NCBI RefSeq assembly: GCF_001194135.2
Contig: NC_068985.1
Location: 99,827,093 to 99,891,092 of the forward strand
Direction of reading: 5' to 3'
Length of the DNA stretch: 64,000 nucleotides
Source of the DNA: Octopus bimaculoides
Taxonomy: Eukaryota
Shown here in pieces: positions 1 through 13,743 of the stretch. The stretch's first letter is position 1. Every line of letters starts with the position of its first letter. The translations under genes and the position numbers were made by a program. Below the pieces are notes generated by a model. That model made no database searches, had not been told where the DNA came from, and saw only the letters and a list, made by a program, of their open reading frames with translations.

Positions 1-196
1 TTTCATAGTATCGTAATTATTAGGTTTCCCTTCGTTATTTCCAGGCTTTATATTTGTTTTGCCTTCCTTTTCATTCATATGTTTGTCTGTGGTGTTCTGG
101 ATTGGTGCTTTTTGTACACTATTATACATCTCTACGGTCTGGGTTTGTTGTTTTTTGTTTACTTCGTTTTTGCCGGAAATGTTACGTTTGTCCTCG

Positions 197-198
<2 letters not shown>

Positions 199-275
<77 letters not shown>
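199..275. repeat. (TTA)n microsatellite, tail of the adjacent tRNA-like element
   Basis: Pure TTA array directly abutting ttcaggtcactgcc. Confidence 0.95.
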
Positions 276-279
<4 letters not shown>

Positions 280-346
280 TCACTGCCTGTCGAACTCGGA
301 ATCTTGGGGTTAGTAGCCCGCGGTCCTAACCACGATCCCATATGCC
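276..346 (-). mobile_element. tRNA-like SINE head (family D)
   Basis: The reverse complement gcatatgggatcgtggttaggaccgcgggctactaaccccaagattccgagttcgacaggcagtgacctgaa has degenerate A and B boxes. Homologous to 45361-45499 and 6972-7050. Confidence 0.75.
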
Positions 347-354
347 CGAAAAAA

Positions 355-525
355 AACTTTTGGAATGAGAAACCAGATTCGAAATTTCCCCAAGACACCT
401 TATGAAGGTTGGAGGGTATATCAGCCGGAACGTTGCGTTAACAACAAACAAGATGAGGACAAATATCCGTCAAATGTAAATAATGTAATTAATGTACATA
501 ATTCCTCACCTCTTAAATATAGAAC
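355..525 (+). mobile_element. Penelope-type terminal unit with degenerate minimal hammerhead ribozyme (394-439)
   Basis: gacac-CTTATGA-a-ggttg-gagggtatat-cagcc-GGAAC-gtt-gcgtt, then aacaacaaacaagatgaggacaaatatccgtcaaatgtaaataatgt, shared with 45168-45310 and 45929-46053. Confidence 0.7.
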
Positions 526-594
526 CGTATTACGTATATACATGTGTTAAGAAAAACCGATGATAAGACAAGTTTCAGTTATCATGCTCATTAG

Positions 595-733
595 TACTTC
601 ATGAAATTGCTGAGAAAAAAACATAAAATCAGTAATATTGCAAACGAAATAGAAACAGACATAAGTGAATGTCATTCTAAATATAATACAAGTTGGTGCA
701 AACAGAAAGAGCGCGACTGTTACACGTTTCCTG
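595..733 (+). CDS. Putative coding exon 1 (in window) of an unidentified spliced gene
   Basis: Acceptor ctcattAG|, open frame YFMKLLRKKHKISNIANEIETDISECHSKYNTSWCKQKERDCYTFP, donor G|GTATGT in phase 1. There is an in-frame TAG at 592-594, so ATG 601 could instead be the start. Confidence 0.5.
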
Positions 734-922
734 GTATGTATACTTCATCATGTCTAACCTCGAGCTAACAACAGTAAATATAACTTGTAAAAGGAATATT
801 TAACACATACCAACATATCTCTCTTAACCTACACACACACAGACACACAGACACACACAGACACACATGTATACATGCATAAGCATGTATACCATATATA
901 CATGCATATATATATGTGTATG

Positions 923-955
<33 letters not shown>

Positions 956-1499
956 NNNNNNNNNNNNNNNNNNNNNNNNNNNNNNNNNNNNNNNNNNNNN
1001 NNNNNNNNNNNNNNNNNNNNNNNNNNNNNNNNNNNNNNNNNNNNNNNNNNNNNNNNNNNNNNNNNNNNNNNNNNNNNNNNNNNNNNNNNNNNNNNNNNNN
1101 NNNNNNNNNNNNNNNNNNNNNNNNNNNNNNNNNNNNNNNNNNNNNNNNNNNNNNNNNNNNNNNNNNNNNNNNNNNNNNNNNNNNNNNNNNNNNNNNNNNN
1201 NNNNNNNNNNNNNNNNNNNNNNNNNNNNNNNNNNNNNNNNNNNNNNNNNNNNNNNNNNNNNNNNNNNNNNNNNNNNNNNNNNNNNNNNNNNNNNNNNNNN
1301 NNNNNNNNNNNNNNNNNNNNNNNNNNNNNNNNNNNNNNNNNNNNNNNNNNNNNNNNNNNNNNNNNNNNNNNNNNNNNNNNNNNNNNNNNNNNNNATATAT
1401 ATATATATATGTCCATGTATATATCTTTATATATGTATATCTATATATGTATATGTATGTGTGTACATATGTAGATTCTATAAGTACATCTGCAACTGG

Positions 1500-1860
1500 A
1501 TATCAATATATGTGCTTTCTTATACGTGAGAGATACGACAGACATATAATGCCAACGATAGATAGGAAAACGGAGAAAGTGGATATGATACTGACACACA
1601 ACTCTGAAGTAAAATAGGTCAAGTATTTTTCATCCCATCTGGCCTGCATTGTCTTGTTTCTACAATATTTATCATAAAAGCAGCGAGCAACACCTCCGCT
1701 AGAAAATTCTTTCTCACAGACTCTGTAATTGACAGGCGAGTTAACAAAACATGTAGTATCTATACGTGAATGGTTTTGTTCGGGTTTCCGCATGTATACG
1801 GCTGTAGAAGATATATGACGACATAGATACCTGACTTAGTTTTCTCTATATACTCTGGCA
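1500..1860 (-). repeat. Unclassified interspersed repeat
   Basis: Higher-complexity segment resembling a common octopus repeat as I recall it. No second copy in this window, class unknown. Confidence 0.3.
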
Positions 1861-2816
1861 TTAAGAGAAGAAAATATTCATAAAATAGGAGTCCTAACAA
1901 TAGTTATAGCTATGGTTGGAGGCGATTTTGAAGCAGTATTGACAGGGGTGGTGGGAAAATAGACGATTAAAAGCAAGAAGAAATTGGATAGGATACTGAG
2001 TGGAATAGATATGCACGTATGCTCGTATATTTATATGATATTCTTTACACGATGGATCCCTATAGATGTTTGACAATCCAAACCGATCATGAAGTTGAGT
2101 GATAAGTAACGTTTCCATGAGTGATGAATGTAAATAAACCTCTCAATGTAGCTGATTGCTTTGTAATATATACATACATTGGTGAGCAAGAATACCCTCA
2201 CTGTTAACGGAAAATTAAGTCTGGATGATATGAAACGGCTATGTTTAAGACTACAAGTAATTAATCTAAAAAATATCGTTGCAGTTTGAGACAAACGACG
2301 AATATAGTTTAACATCCGAGTGGTTATGGATATTTGGGGTGCCTGAAGTTTTGGAATTTCAATTTGTAAAGGCTAAAATACATACAAACGTATTTTACTT
2401 AAATAGTTATACGAGCAAAATCTAGTTCTGTACAATTGTGTTAAAACAATCGCGGTAGAAAAGTTAATGGTGCATGGAGTCTTAAAACAAGAAAGGGGTA
2501 AATCTAGCACGAAACCTAGTAATTAATTTTCAGTAAGCCTGTCGGTTATTTGCGAGGTCTGTTTCTCGCAGGATTCTGATATTCTGTATAACGGATCGGA
2601 CAGATTTGCCTGTAATGCGGCGAACGGATGCATGTCATTGATGATTTCCAGTAGACTGAAATCAAGTGAAATCTAATCATATGGCTGTTCCGTCACCGGT
2701 AATAGACTATTTTCGATCTACGTATGTGCTTTCCCTACACACGCCTATATGTAGGTGTCCGCCAAGGTTGATCAGGCAGTATTCTTAGTTCTAACAAATA
2801 TTCCCAAAGAGAATTC

Positions 2817-2847
<31 letters not shown>

Positions 2848-3564
2848 NNNNNNNNNNNNNNNNNNNNNNNNNNNNNNNNNNNNNNNNNNNNNNNNNNNNN
2901 NNNNNNNNNNNNNNNNNNNNNNNNNNNNNNNNNNNNNNNNNNNNNNNNNNNNNNNNNNNNNNNNNNNNNNNNNNNNNNNNNNNNNNNNNNNNNNNNNNNN
3001 NNNNNNNNNNNNNNNNNNNNNNNNNNNNNNNNNNNNNNNNNNNNNNNNNNNNNNNNNNNNNNNNNNNNNNNNNNNNNNNNNNNNNNNNNNNNNNNNNNNN
3101 NNNNNNNNNNNNNNNNNNNNNNNNNNNNNNNNNNNNNNNNNNNNNNNNNNNNNNNNNNNNNNNNNNNNNNNNNNNNNNNNNNNNNNNNNNNNNNNNNNNN
3201 NNNNNNNNNNNNNNNNNNNNNNNNNNNNNNNNNNNNNNNNNNNNNNNNNNNNATTCGCCTTTATATATTTAATCCTTTATAGTGAACACTCAATATTTCA
3301 TCTATTCAATAAGACATATTCCATATATTCAATAAGACATTCAATACTTTATTTCATTGTACCATCCATTTTTATTTTATATTATATATTATATATTGTA
3401 TATTATATTATATATTGTATATTTCATATTGTATATCCCACATTGGTTTTGCAGGAATATAAATTAAACATAAAGAACAGACAGTGTTGGAACTCTTTTA
3501 AACAAAATAATATATTCCTCTATACACAATCATACAAAACCCATTTTTTGTATTTATTTTTACT

Positions 3565-3629
<65 letters not shown>

Positions 3630-3669
3630 ATATATATACATATATATATGTACATACATGTACATACAA

Positions 3670-3701
<32 letters not shown>

Positions 3702-4971
3702 CTGTGTGTGCGTGTGTGTGTGTATGTGTGTGCATGCAGTCACATATAAACGCACCGATAGTTATTGCCGTAAATATTATACGGTGCAATCTTTATGTTA
3801 TTATTTGAGGTTTTCTTTCGCAATAATAAAGGAAGAAAACCATTATACGTAGGCACAATTTTTTAGTCTGGCTCGACTCATATGTACTGCATGTTATTCT
3901 TAGACGTTATATTTTCTGTAGATGAAAAACTTCACCGTCTTATTACACTACGTTCTTTAATATTTCTCCTAGTGTAAATATACATGCAGAGATGCACATT
4001 CTATCTCTCTCTATCTCTCTTTCTGTCCCTCTCCTTCTCTCTCTCTAAATATGCATGTGTCTTAGTGTATGTGTTAGTGCAGTTATATATANNNNNNNNN
4101 NNNNNNNNNNNNNNNNNNNNNNNNNNNNNNNNNNNNNNNNNNNNNNNNNNNNNNNNNNNNNNNNNNNNNNNNNNNNNNNNNNNNNNNNNNNNNNNNNNNN
4201 NNNNNNNNNNNNNNNNNNNNNNNNNNNNNNNNNNNNNNNNNNNNNNNNNNNNNNNNNNNNNNNNNNNNNNNNNNNNNNNNNNNNNNNNNNNNNNNNNNNN
4301 NNNNNNNNNNNNNNNNNNNNNNNNNNNNNNNNNNNNNNNNNNNNNNNNNNNNNNNNNNNNNNNNNNNNNNNNNNNNNNNNNNNNNNNNNNNNNNNNNNNN
4401 NNNNNNNNNNNNNNNNNNNNNNNNNNNNNNNNNNNNNNNNNNNNNNNNNNNNNNNNNNNNNNNNNNNNNNNNNNNNNNNNNNNNNNNNNNNNNNNNNNNN
4501 NNNNNNNNNNNNNNNNNNNNNNNNNNNNNNNNNNNNNNNNNNNNNNNNNNNNNNNNNNNNNNNNNNNNNNNNNNNNNNNNNNNNNNNNNNNNNNNNNNNN
4601 NNNNNNNNNNNNNNNNNNNNNNNNNNNNNNNNNNNNNNNNNNNNNNNNNNNNNNNNNNNNNNNNNNNNNNNNNNNNNNNNNNNNNNNNNNNNNNNNNNNN
4701 NNNNNNNNNNNNNNNNNNNNNNNNNNNNNNNNNNNNNNNNNNNNNNNNNNNNNNNNNNNNNNNNNNNNNNNNNNNNNNNNNNNNNNNNNNNNNNNNNNNN
4801 NNNNNNNNNNNNNNNNNNNNNNNNNNNNNNNNNNNNNNNNNNNNNNNNNNNNNNNNNNNNNNNNNNNNNNNNNNNNNNNNNNNNNNNNNNNNNNNNNNNN
4901 NNNNNNNNNNNNNNNNNNNNNNNNNNNNNNNNNNNNNNNNNNNNNNNNNNNNNNNNNNNNNNNNNNNNNNN

Positions 4972-5019
<48 letters not shown>

Positions 5020-6582
5020 TACAGTTATGTATATATAACCAATTTCAGTATATAAGTGAAAACACTCTATTTGTCAAATGAATATGAATAATCTCGAATT
5101 ACGAAAATGGAACTGGAAGTAACATTGTGAAGGGAAAGAAGAAATATATAACAATCACATCAAGGAAACAACAGAAAAAAAAAACTGCAAAAATAATATA
5201 TGTACCAACATTTCGATAAGCAAACTGTGCATAGAGATGTTTCCTAACCAGTCAGAAAAATTTTTAATTTATTGTCTGTGCTGTATATTATATTTTTTCT
5301 TCATACATACATGCCCCCACTACATATATATGAATGAATATATGTACGTTTGTGTGTATGTATGTATATTTATGCATGGAAGCAAACAAAATTGTATTGG
5401 ATAAATTTTAATGAATAATTATCGGAATGATAAAAAAGAAAAAAAACATTTAAATTACTAAAAAGAGTAAAACAAAAAAATATTATGTTTGCACCGAATG
5501 TTTACGGTGGTTTTCTTTATGGTAAAATTCCGATATGCACGATTAAAATGACGCGCTCATAAATATTATAAGAACTGTTATATTATCTAAATGATCCCTC
5601 ACATAAAATCTGTTAGTTTTCTTTTGTGAGATATCTATAAATGAGACTTTTAGTCACCCCTAGTATTGGTTCTTCCTATATTATAAACGAGGAAATTAGA
5701 TCACTTTTTACTACATCTCAGATTTATGATACTTCATCAGTTTCTCTTTATACTTTTCACATGGATATTTCTTCGCCATATAAAGCTCTAAGGTTCACCG
5801 GTGAATTGTTTCTCGTATCGTCTAGTATTATAATATCACAACAGGCCGTAAGCTAGAGCCAATGTTAGCGGTTTGTTGGGTTTGTTCGGTGTCACGTCCT
5901 TACCATTATTATAGAAAAAACTTCACTTAAATAGGTGCAAAATATTTTCAAACACCATGCTTTAGTACACTGGTGAATACATTATTAGCTAGTGCAGAAA
6001 TTGATGAGAACATCCTTCTAATATCGAATACAAATGTCTACGCGACTGCTTTGATTTGTTAGTACAGATATTTTAGCGTTATTCATTCATCAGAAATAAT
6101 TGCATTCTAATCAAAGATTTCTGCACTGACAAAATACCAAAACTATATTTGATGTATTATCTGGGATATTTTTTTTTTCATTGCACTAAATTTCTAAATA
6201 TTAGATTAATAATAAAATCAATTTTGTAGCAATATAAGCCTGGAAAACTCTTTGTCTCTGTTTAGTTAAGACCAAACCATAGTCTAGCTTTTTCATTAAT
6301 TAAGTTATAATTCTTCAACATATTATAAAACCCTACGTAATTAATCTTTATTCTACGTAAGTAAATTCCTTCAGTAGATAGAATTATTTTAATAAAAAGT
6401 TATACGACATATGTTACTTTGACACGTACGGGGTACTACTTTAGCACATCGTTGAAAATCGTTAGAACACGCATCAGTTGATTTTACATTCTTAATAATT
6501 GCTGGTATACACACTTTCTGAGGAGGTTAACATTTTGTATGCTAGAGAATCAGACAACTTTATATCGAGCGTGTACACACAT

Positions 6583-6688
<106 letters not shown>

Positions 6689-6835
6689 GCAATTACAGAT
6701 AGGTATAATGATGAAACAGCTGAGTGTTTACACACCTAATATAACCATCCATCTCTGACACGGCACAGTCATCGCTCGAAATATATTTCCGCAGCTTAAT
6801 ATATTATAGTTTATATTTAAATTTACCTTCTACAG

Positions 6836-6912
6836 AGGTGTTTCCTTTAGATGCGTCTATGCATGATAAAGTGAAAAAAGAAATCCTGTGGAAATGGTTT
6901 CTTATTCCTGAG
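6836..6912 (+). CDS. Putative coding exon 2
   Basis: Acceptor tttaccttctacAG|, (E)VFPLDASMHDKVKKEILWKWFLIPE, donor GAG|GTATGT. Phase 1 in, phase 0 out, matching both neighbours. Confidence 0.65.
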
Positions 6913-6922
6913 GTATGTTTGC

Positions 6923-6924
<2 letters not shown>

Positions 6925-6968
<44 letters not shown>

Positions 6969-7050
6969 TATTCAAGGTACTGCATGGAACTGAACTCGCA
7001 ATCTTGGGATCAGTAGCTGGTGCTCTTAACCATTACGATCTATGTAGAAT
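6925..7050 (-). mobile_element. Degenerate family D tRNA-like head with (ATT)n tail
   Basis: (att)n-caaggtactgcatggaactgaactcgcaatcttgggatcagtagctggtgctcttaaccattacg aligns to 45361-45430. Confidence 0.6.
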
Positions 7051-7495
7051 ATTATGTTGCAAATACATCAGCTTTCATAGAACTACGATTTACATGGGAA
7101 ATAAGATTATATTACATTCGCTCATTATTCTTTAACCATTTGTCCGACCTGCAGTTGAACGTATTTTGGTCAACTGTTACAACTACAGAGTGTAATAATT
7201 CTAGAGCTTTTGTTCTAGATGTATTTCTTCGTACATTTATTGCTGGTAACATTACCATCTCAATGTTAACTTCAAAAAACTTATAAAAGCACATATATTT
7301 GTTTAAGAAAAGTAAAATACTAATATAGTTAAAAGCTAAGATTTTTTTTCAGAAGTAAATTCCATTATTATTTCAGATAATAGATGGCGTTTAGATAATA
7401 TTAATAATTCCCCCTGAGAAACAAATTGCATAAGAAAATTATCTCATGGACTTGTAGATAGATCTCACTCCATATCTGTCTCTCATTCTCTTTGA

Positions 7496-7526
<31 letters not shown>

Positions 7527-9710
7527 NNNNNNNNNNNNNNNNNNNNNNNNNNNNNNNNNNNNNNNNNNNNNNNNNNNNNNNNNNNNNNNNNNNNNNNNNN
7601 NNNNNNNNNNNNNNNNNNNNNNNNNNNNNNNNNNNNNNNNNNNNNNNNNNNNNNNNNNNNNNNNNNNNNNNNNNNNNNNNNNNNNNNNNNNNNNNNNNNN
7701 NNNNNNNNNNNNNNNNNNNNNNNNNNNNNNNNNNNNNNNNNNNNNNNNNNNNNNNNNNNNNNNNNNNNNNNNNNNNNNNNNNNNNNNNNNNNNNNNNNNN
7801 NNNNNNNNNNNNNNNNNNNNNNNNNNNNNNNNNNNNNNNNNNNNNNNNNNNNNNNNNNNNNNNNNNNNNNNNNNNNNNNNNNNNNNNNNNNNNNNNNNNN
7901 NNNNNNNNNNNNNNNNNNNNNNNNNNNNNNNNNNNNNNNNNNNNNNNNNNNNNNNNNNNNNNNNNNNNNNNNNNNNNNNNNNNNNNNNNNNNNNNNNNNN
8001 NNNNNNNNNNNNNNNNNNNNNNNNNNNNNNNNNNNNNNNNNNNNNNNNNNNNNNNNNNNNNNNNNNNNNNNNNNNNNNNNNNNNNNNNNNNNNNNNNNNN
8101 NNNNNNATATATATATATATATATATATAAATATAAACCTAATGTGTGTGAGAGAGAGAGAGAGGGAAGGAGTTTGACTGTTTGTGCGTATACTCTGTTC
8201 GCGTGCGTGTATTTCACAAAAGAAAAGAAAAAAAGGAATTCCAAAATTAGGCTTACATTTTCTCCGTGAAGGGATTAACCTTTAATTGGAGATACAAAAA
8301 AATCTCGATTACACGCATTTTGAAAAAAAAAAACCCCCGAAAAGTAGATAAACATGAAAAAATTATAATCTTACTCTTGTAAATATAATTTACTTGCTGT
8401 TGGACATTTCAAGATGAATGACAGTTGATGTTAGTTGAATATTCTGCCTTTCCTTATAACCTATCATCTACTAATTATATATGTTCTTTGTTAATGTCTG
8501 TGAATATATAATATATACATGCGCTCACGAACGCGCTGACACCAAACATACATACACACACATACATACCCATACAAGTATATATCTATAATATAACGTA
8601 TCGGCATACTGTATATACATGCGTATATATATTTACATACATATATGTATTTATGTCTACATACATCTCTGTATTGATTTATCTCTCTCTCTCTCACTCT
8701 CTGTCTATATATATTTATTTGTATGCACAGTGAGAAAGAAAATGAGGCAAAGAGAAATGTAAATAGTGTGAGAGAGGTAAATAGAGAAAGACCGAGAAAA
8801 AGATAGATAGATATCATTACGCTTTGGAGTAAGAATAACTTCTTTTCTTCGCGGCATGTTACGATACGGTTTCAATCTAGAGTAGATTGCAGGCATAGCA
8901 GTTTTGCTTGTATAATTAAGAAATATATAACAATTCGAGTGCAATAACACTGAGCCACATATTAATACGCAATGTAACACATTATATTTCAACGATGAAA
9001 TATGTTTGGCTTTGCATTCATCAGGTTTCTGTATCTAGTGTCCTCAATCACTACAATGATGTACTTCGTCTTTGGAAAATGATTGCTATCAATTTAAATA
9101 GAGATTAACACGTGTCAAGATTGAATTCATTAATGCTTCGTAATAGATGGAGTCTTACGATTCTGAGACGGTTATTCGATTTCCAGCTGCTGAAAATATT
9201 TCTCTGAGTCAAAAGTGATAATTCGTACATGACGCATTTGTCTATGGTTAACTTTATGCAGTTTTACTATATTAAGCTAGTTTGCGAATAATGTGTCCTT
9301 TGATCACGTTGCTTCATACACACCACAGTAAAAACCAGGAATAACATGTAGATAAACTACAATTAGAGGCTTCCCAAAATGAAAACTATTATTCGATAAA
9401 TTATTTGCCAAGTCCACATATTTGATACTACTTGGTACACTGATTGGTGATAACATTTGAAATACATTTTAAAATTATTATATCCACGGCAGAGACCATC
9501 CAGACATGCTTGATAGCTCTAAATCTCTAAACAAACTGTCATAGCGAGTTGAGGTGACTTTAGCACAAAAAAAAAGACAAGAAAAATAAATAAGTATTCG
9601 TACATATGAGCCTTCGAATTATGGTCTGAAATGTTAACTTAATAACAGCAAAATTGCACAAGCACCAAAATAGTGATTTACTAAAACACGAGATAATACA
9701 GCCTTATATG

Positions 9711-9914
9711 GTTGGCACTCCATCGGTTACGATGGCGAGATTTCCGGCTGATCAGATCAACGGAACAGTCTGCTCGTGAAATTAACGTGCAAGTGGCTGA
9801 ACACTCCACAGACACGCGTACCTTAACGTAGTCTCAGGGAGATTCAGCGTGACACAGAGTGTGACAAGGCTGGCCCTTTGAAATACAGGTACAACAGAAA
9901 CAGGAAGAAAGAAA
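9711..9914 (-). mobile_element. SINE family C, 3' half
   Basis: Reverse complement of the 3' part of 48064-48447 (gctcgtgaaattaacgtgcaagtggctga...ccctttgaaatacagg). Confidence 0.85.
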
Positions 9915-10861
9915 CTTGAGTATAAACCATTATCCATTAGCCATATGCTCTCTCAATCACAATCACACCCACACAGATACGTATATACAAATGCACGCAC
10001 ACACACACACATATACACACTCACATTCTGTATATACTTACATGAATATATACATTCACACACACACAAACGCAGGCACAGGTACATCATTATCATCATA
10101 ATCATTAACAACAGAGCAATATATGATGAACCTGTTTATTCCAGTGNNNNNNNNNNNNNNNNNNNNNNNNNNNNNNNNNNNNNNNNNNNNNNNNNNNNNN
10201 NNNNNNNNNNNNNNNNNNNNNNNNNNNNNNNNNNNNNNNNNNNNNNNNNNNNNNNNNNNNNNNNNNNNNNNNNNNNNNNNNNNNNNNNNNNNNNNNNNNN
10301 NNNNNNNNNNNNNNNNNNNNNNNNNNNNNNNNNNNNNNNNNNNNNNNNNNNNNNNNNNNNNNNNNNNNNNNNNNNNNNNNNNNNNNNNNNNNNNNNNNNN
10401 NNNNNNNNNNNNNNNNNNNNNNNNNNNNNNNNNNNNNNNNNNNNNNNNNNNNNNNNNNNNNNNNNNNNNNNNNNNNNNNNNNNNNNNNNNNNNNNNNNNN
10501 NNNNNNNNNNNNNNNNNNNNNNNNNNNNNNNNNNNNNNNNNNNNNNNNNNNNNNNNNNNNNNNNNNNNNNNNNNNNNNNNNNNNNNNNNNNNNNNNNNNN
10601 NNNNNNNNNNNNNNNNNNNNNNNNNNNNNNNNNNNNNNNNNNNNNNNNNNNNNNNNNNNNNNNNNNNNNNNNNNNNNNNNNNNNNNNNNNNNNNNNNNNN
10701 NNNNNNNNNNNNNNNNNNNNNNNNNNNNNNNNNNNNNNNNNNNNNNNNNNNNNNNNNNNNNNNNNNNNNNNNNNNNNNNNNNNNNNNNNNNNNNNNNNNN
10801 NNNNNNNNNNNNNNNNNNNNNNNNNNNNNNNNNNNNNNNNNNNNNNNNNNNNNNNNNNNNN

Positions 10862-10894
<33 letters not shown>

Positions 10895-11050
10895 CGACGG
10901 GATTCTTTGAGTTTCCGTCTACCAAATCCACTCACAAGGCTTTGGTCGACCCGAGACTATAGTAGAAGACACTTGCGCAAGGTGCCATGCAGTGGGACTG
11001 AACCCGGAACCATGTGGTTGGTAGGCAAGCTACTTACCACACAGACACGC
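10895..11050 (-). mobile_element. SINE family A, 5' half
   Basis: gtttccgtctaccaaatccactcacaaggctttggtcg...cagtgggactgaacccggaaccatgtggttgg is the reverse complement of the head of 51172-51597. Confidence 0.85.
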
Positions 11051-11074
11051 ATATATCAAAGATATTCTTTTATG

Positions 11075-11220
11075 TTTTTATTTTATTTGTTTCCGTCATT
11101 ATTGCGGAGAACCGAAGAAATCAACCCCAGGATATATTCTTTGTAAGCCTACTACTTCCGGTATTGGTCACTTTTGCCGAGTCGCTAGGTTACGTAACGT
11201 AAATACACCACCATCAACAA
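11075..11220 (-). mobile_element. SINE family A, degenerate 3' half
   Basis: aaatcaaccccagg...ttctttgtaagcctac...cttttgccgag...cgtaaatacacc matches the 3' half of family A. Confidence 0.65.
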
Positions 11221-11544
11221 ACAATTCATTTGACCAAAGTTACACGCAGTGGGACCGAACACTTACGCCTGCGCATATGCATAATGTACGCACATATCTA
11301 GCTATATACGAACACAAGCACACACAGAAACGAACACACGCACACATACATGAGATTAAAATATTGCCCGAGTTTAATTTTTTTTAATTTTTGATTTTTT
11401 TAATATATAGTTACGCATCTTGTGCTTTTCTCCAAAATATCTCAAAAATAAAGGTTCATATGTTGGTGGTAGTGGCAGTTGGTAACTACTTCTATTACAT
11501 CTGTTCCCGTGGATATTTAAGTGAATATTTTTATAGCAACAATA

Positions 11545-11607
<63 letters not shown>

Positions 11608-13678
11608 NNNNNNNNNNNNNNNNNNNNNNNNNNNNNNNNNNNNNNNNNNNNNNNNNNNNNNNNNNNNNNNNNNNNNNNNNNNNNNNNNNNNNNNNNNNNN
11701 NNNNNNNNNNNNNNNNNNNNNNNNNNNNNNNNNNNNNNNNNNNNNNNNNNNNNNNNNNNNNNNNNNNNNNNNNNNNNNNNNNNNNNNNNNNNNNNNNNNN
11801 NNNNNNNNNNNNNNNNNNNNNNNNNNNNNNNNNNNNNNNNNNNNNNNNNNNNNNNNNNNNNNNNNNNNNNNNNNNNNNNNNNNNNNNNNNNNNNNNNNNN
11901 NNNNNNNNNNNNNNNNNNNNNNNNNNNNNNNNNNNNNNNNNNNNNNNNNNNNNNNNNNNNNNNNNNNNNNNNNNNNNNNNNNNNNNNNNNNNNNNNNNNN
12001 NNNNNNNNNNNNNNNNNNNNNNNNNNNNNNNNNNNNNNNNNNNNNNNTATATATATATAAATGGACTTGCTTTATTATTAAAGGCTGGTAATGCCTCCAG
12101 TATGCTTCTAGTTTTCGAGTAAATGCTATTTCGAAATCAAATTCAAATTAGTATTATACATCATTAAGGACTGGTTTGCTGCTTTTGATGAAACACTTGT
12201 TAAACTCTTCTACTGCCTTCACTTTTCTCACAATGTTTATGAAAGGACATAGTAACATTTTATGCAGTATGTTTCCAAGGGATTCCTTGAAAGTGTGTAC
12301 CTTCTCAGAGTATCTCAACTTTACAGCCGGTGTATTCATGTGCGCAATTGTCGTCATTGTCTTCGCTGCTGTAGGCCGTTGATGACACTAACAATAAATC
12401 CCAGTTCTTCCTTCGAATGATGTTATAACGTTACTTTGTTCTCACTCATTTTCATAGAGCTTTCTTATCAGAGATATTTGGGTGATTTGCTATTACCTTC
12501 CCCAACTCAATGGCCACTTGGCTCACAAAGAAACTCAACCACCCTTTTGCAAATCTCGATCTTTGTTCTACTGAGATTCCAGATACTCTCCTCCAAACAG
12601 TATCAAGGTTGTCAAGTGTGTATGTGATCGGGGGTGGGGTCGACGATGATTCTTCCATGGAACAGGCTGTACTTGTTTACATTGTAGTAATAACAGGTAT
12701 GACCTGAATTTAATCACGTGGTCACTGTTATATAATCCTAACCAGACCAGTTTTTCACAGTCCAATACTTGTTACAGTTATACAGATTTCTGTTCTTACA
12801 GTTTATATTTGCATTAGTATTTTCCTTGTCATTTCGTTGATATAATCACCAAAATACACATTTTACATCTGAAATATTTGTTATTGTAATTACATACTGT
12901 GAAGAATTTATCGTCGCTCTTTAGATTAAATGTACTTTTGTAAACAGCTGTGCCAAGGTTTTCTTTTGTCGGTTGATTTCATAAAGTGTTCGGTTACTCG
13001 TTATCAGTTGCATTGCTTCTTATAGGCCTTACAGAAGTAACTGAGATTAACTCGACGTTGATTAACATATTTACGCATTATACAAATGTAATATCATGCA
13101 CTTGCTCAGCATTTCAAAAATCCAATCTTCAGATCTACTTAGAAAATATGTCACACTTGTGAATGAAATATATGTCAACCACGCGTTTAATAAAACAATT
13201 TTTCACATATTGCAATATAGGTAATGCAATCGATCCATTTGCAAACGGAGCTGATATTTCCTTGAAAAATACCCAATTTCTTAGGGAAATATTTAGGAAT
13301 GACACAACGTTGTAGCACGTGATGAACGGAGCTTTTGAAACGATTTCAACAACCGTAATTCCTTTGAAGTGAATCCGATTAGGACTGGAAATTGCAATAA
13401 ATATTGAATTTCCACAAGATGCCAATATATTTTTATACGCGTCAACAGATGAGTACATATTAATATAACACTGAAGTTTTAAAATAAAATTCTTAACTAA
13501 AATGGCTCTCTTCTAATGAATATGAGTTATCATCTTACCAATATTATACCAAGAGAAAATATATCTCTCCTGAAACATATTAAATTTTGTATTAAATATA
13601 ACGCGGATTTTGCAATACGTACAACAAAGCAATTCTATTACAATAAAATATAAAACATCGTTTATTAGTGCTCTCAAG

Positions 13679-13743
13679 ATGAATGCAGTTAGATTTCATT
13701 ATTATCGTGAACTAGCTCAGAGTAAAATACATCGTTATTTTGC
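13679..13743 (+). CDS. Putative coding exon 3
   Basis: Acceptor gctctcaAG|, MNAVRFHYYRELAQSKIHRYF(A), donor GC|GTAAGT. Phase 0 in, phase 2 out. Confidence 0.65.

Noticed and set aside
54-405. Poly-I/Y/L/N ORFs (also 19595-19981, 22486-22773, 36907-37878, 41697-42073)
   Set aside because: Translations of microsatellites in several frames and strands at once.
3921-3975. Candidate exon DEKLHRLITLRSLIFLL
   Set aside because: Good acceptor, but no convincing donor in the phase required by exon 2.
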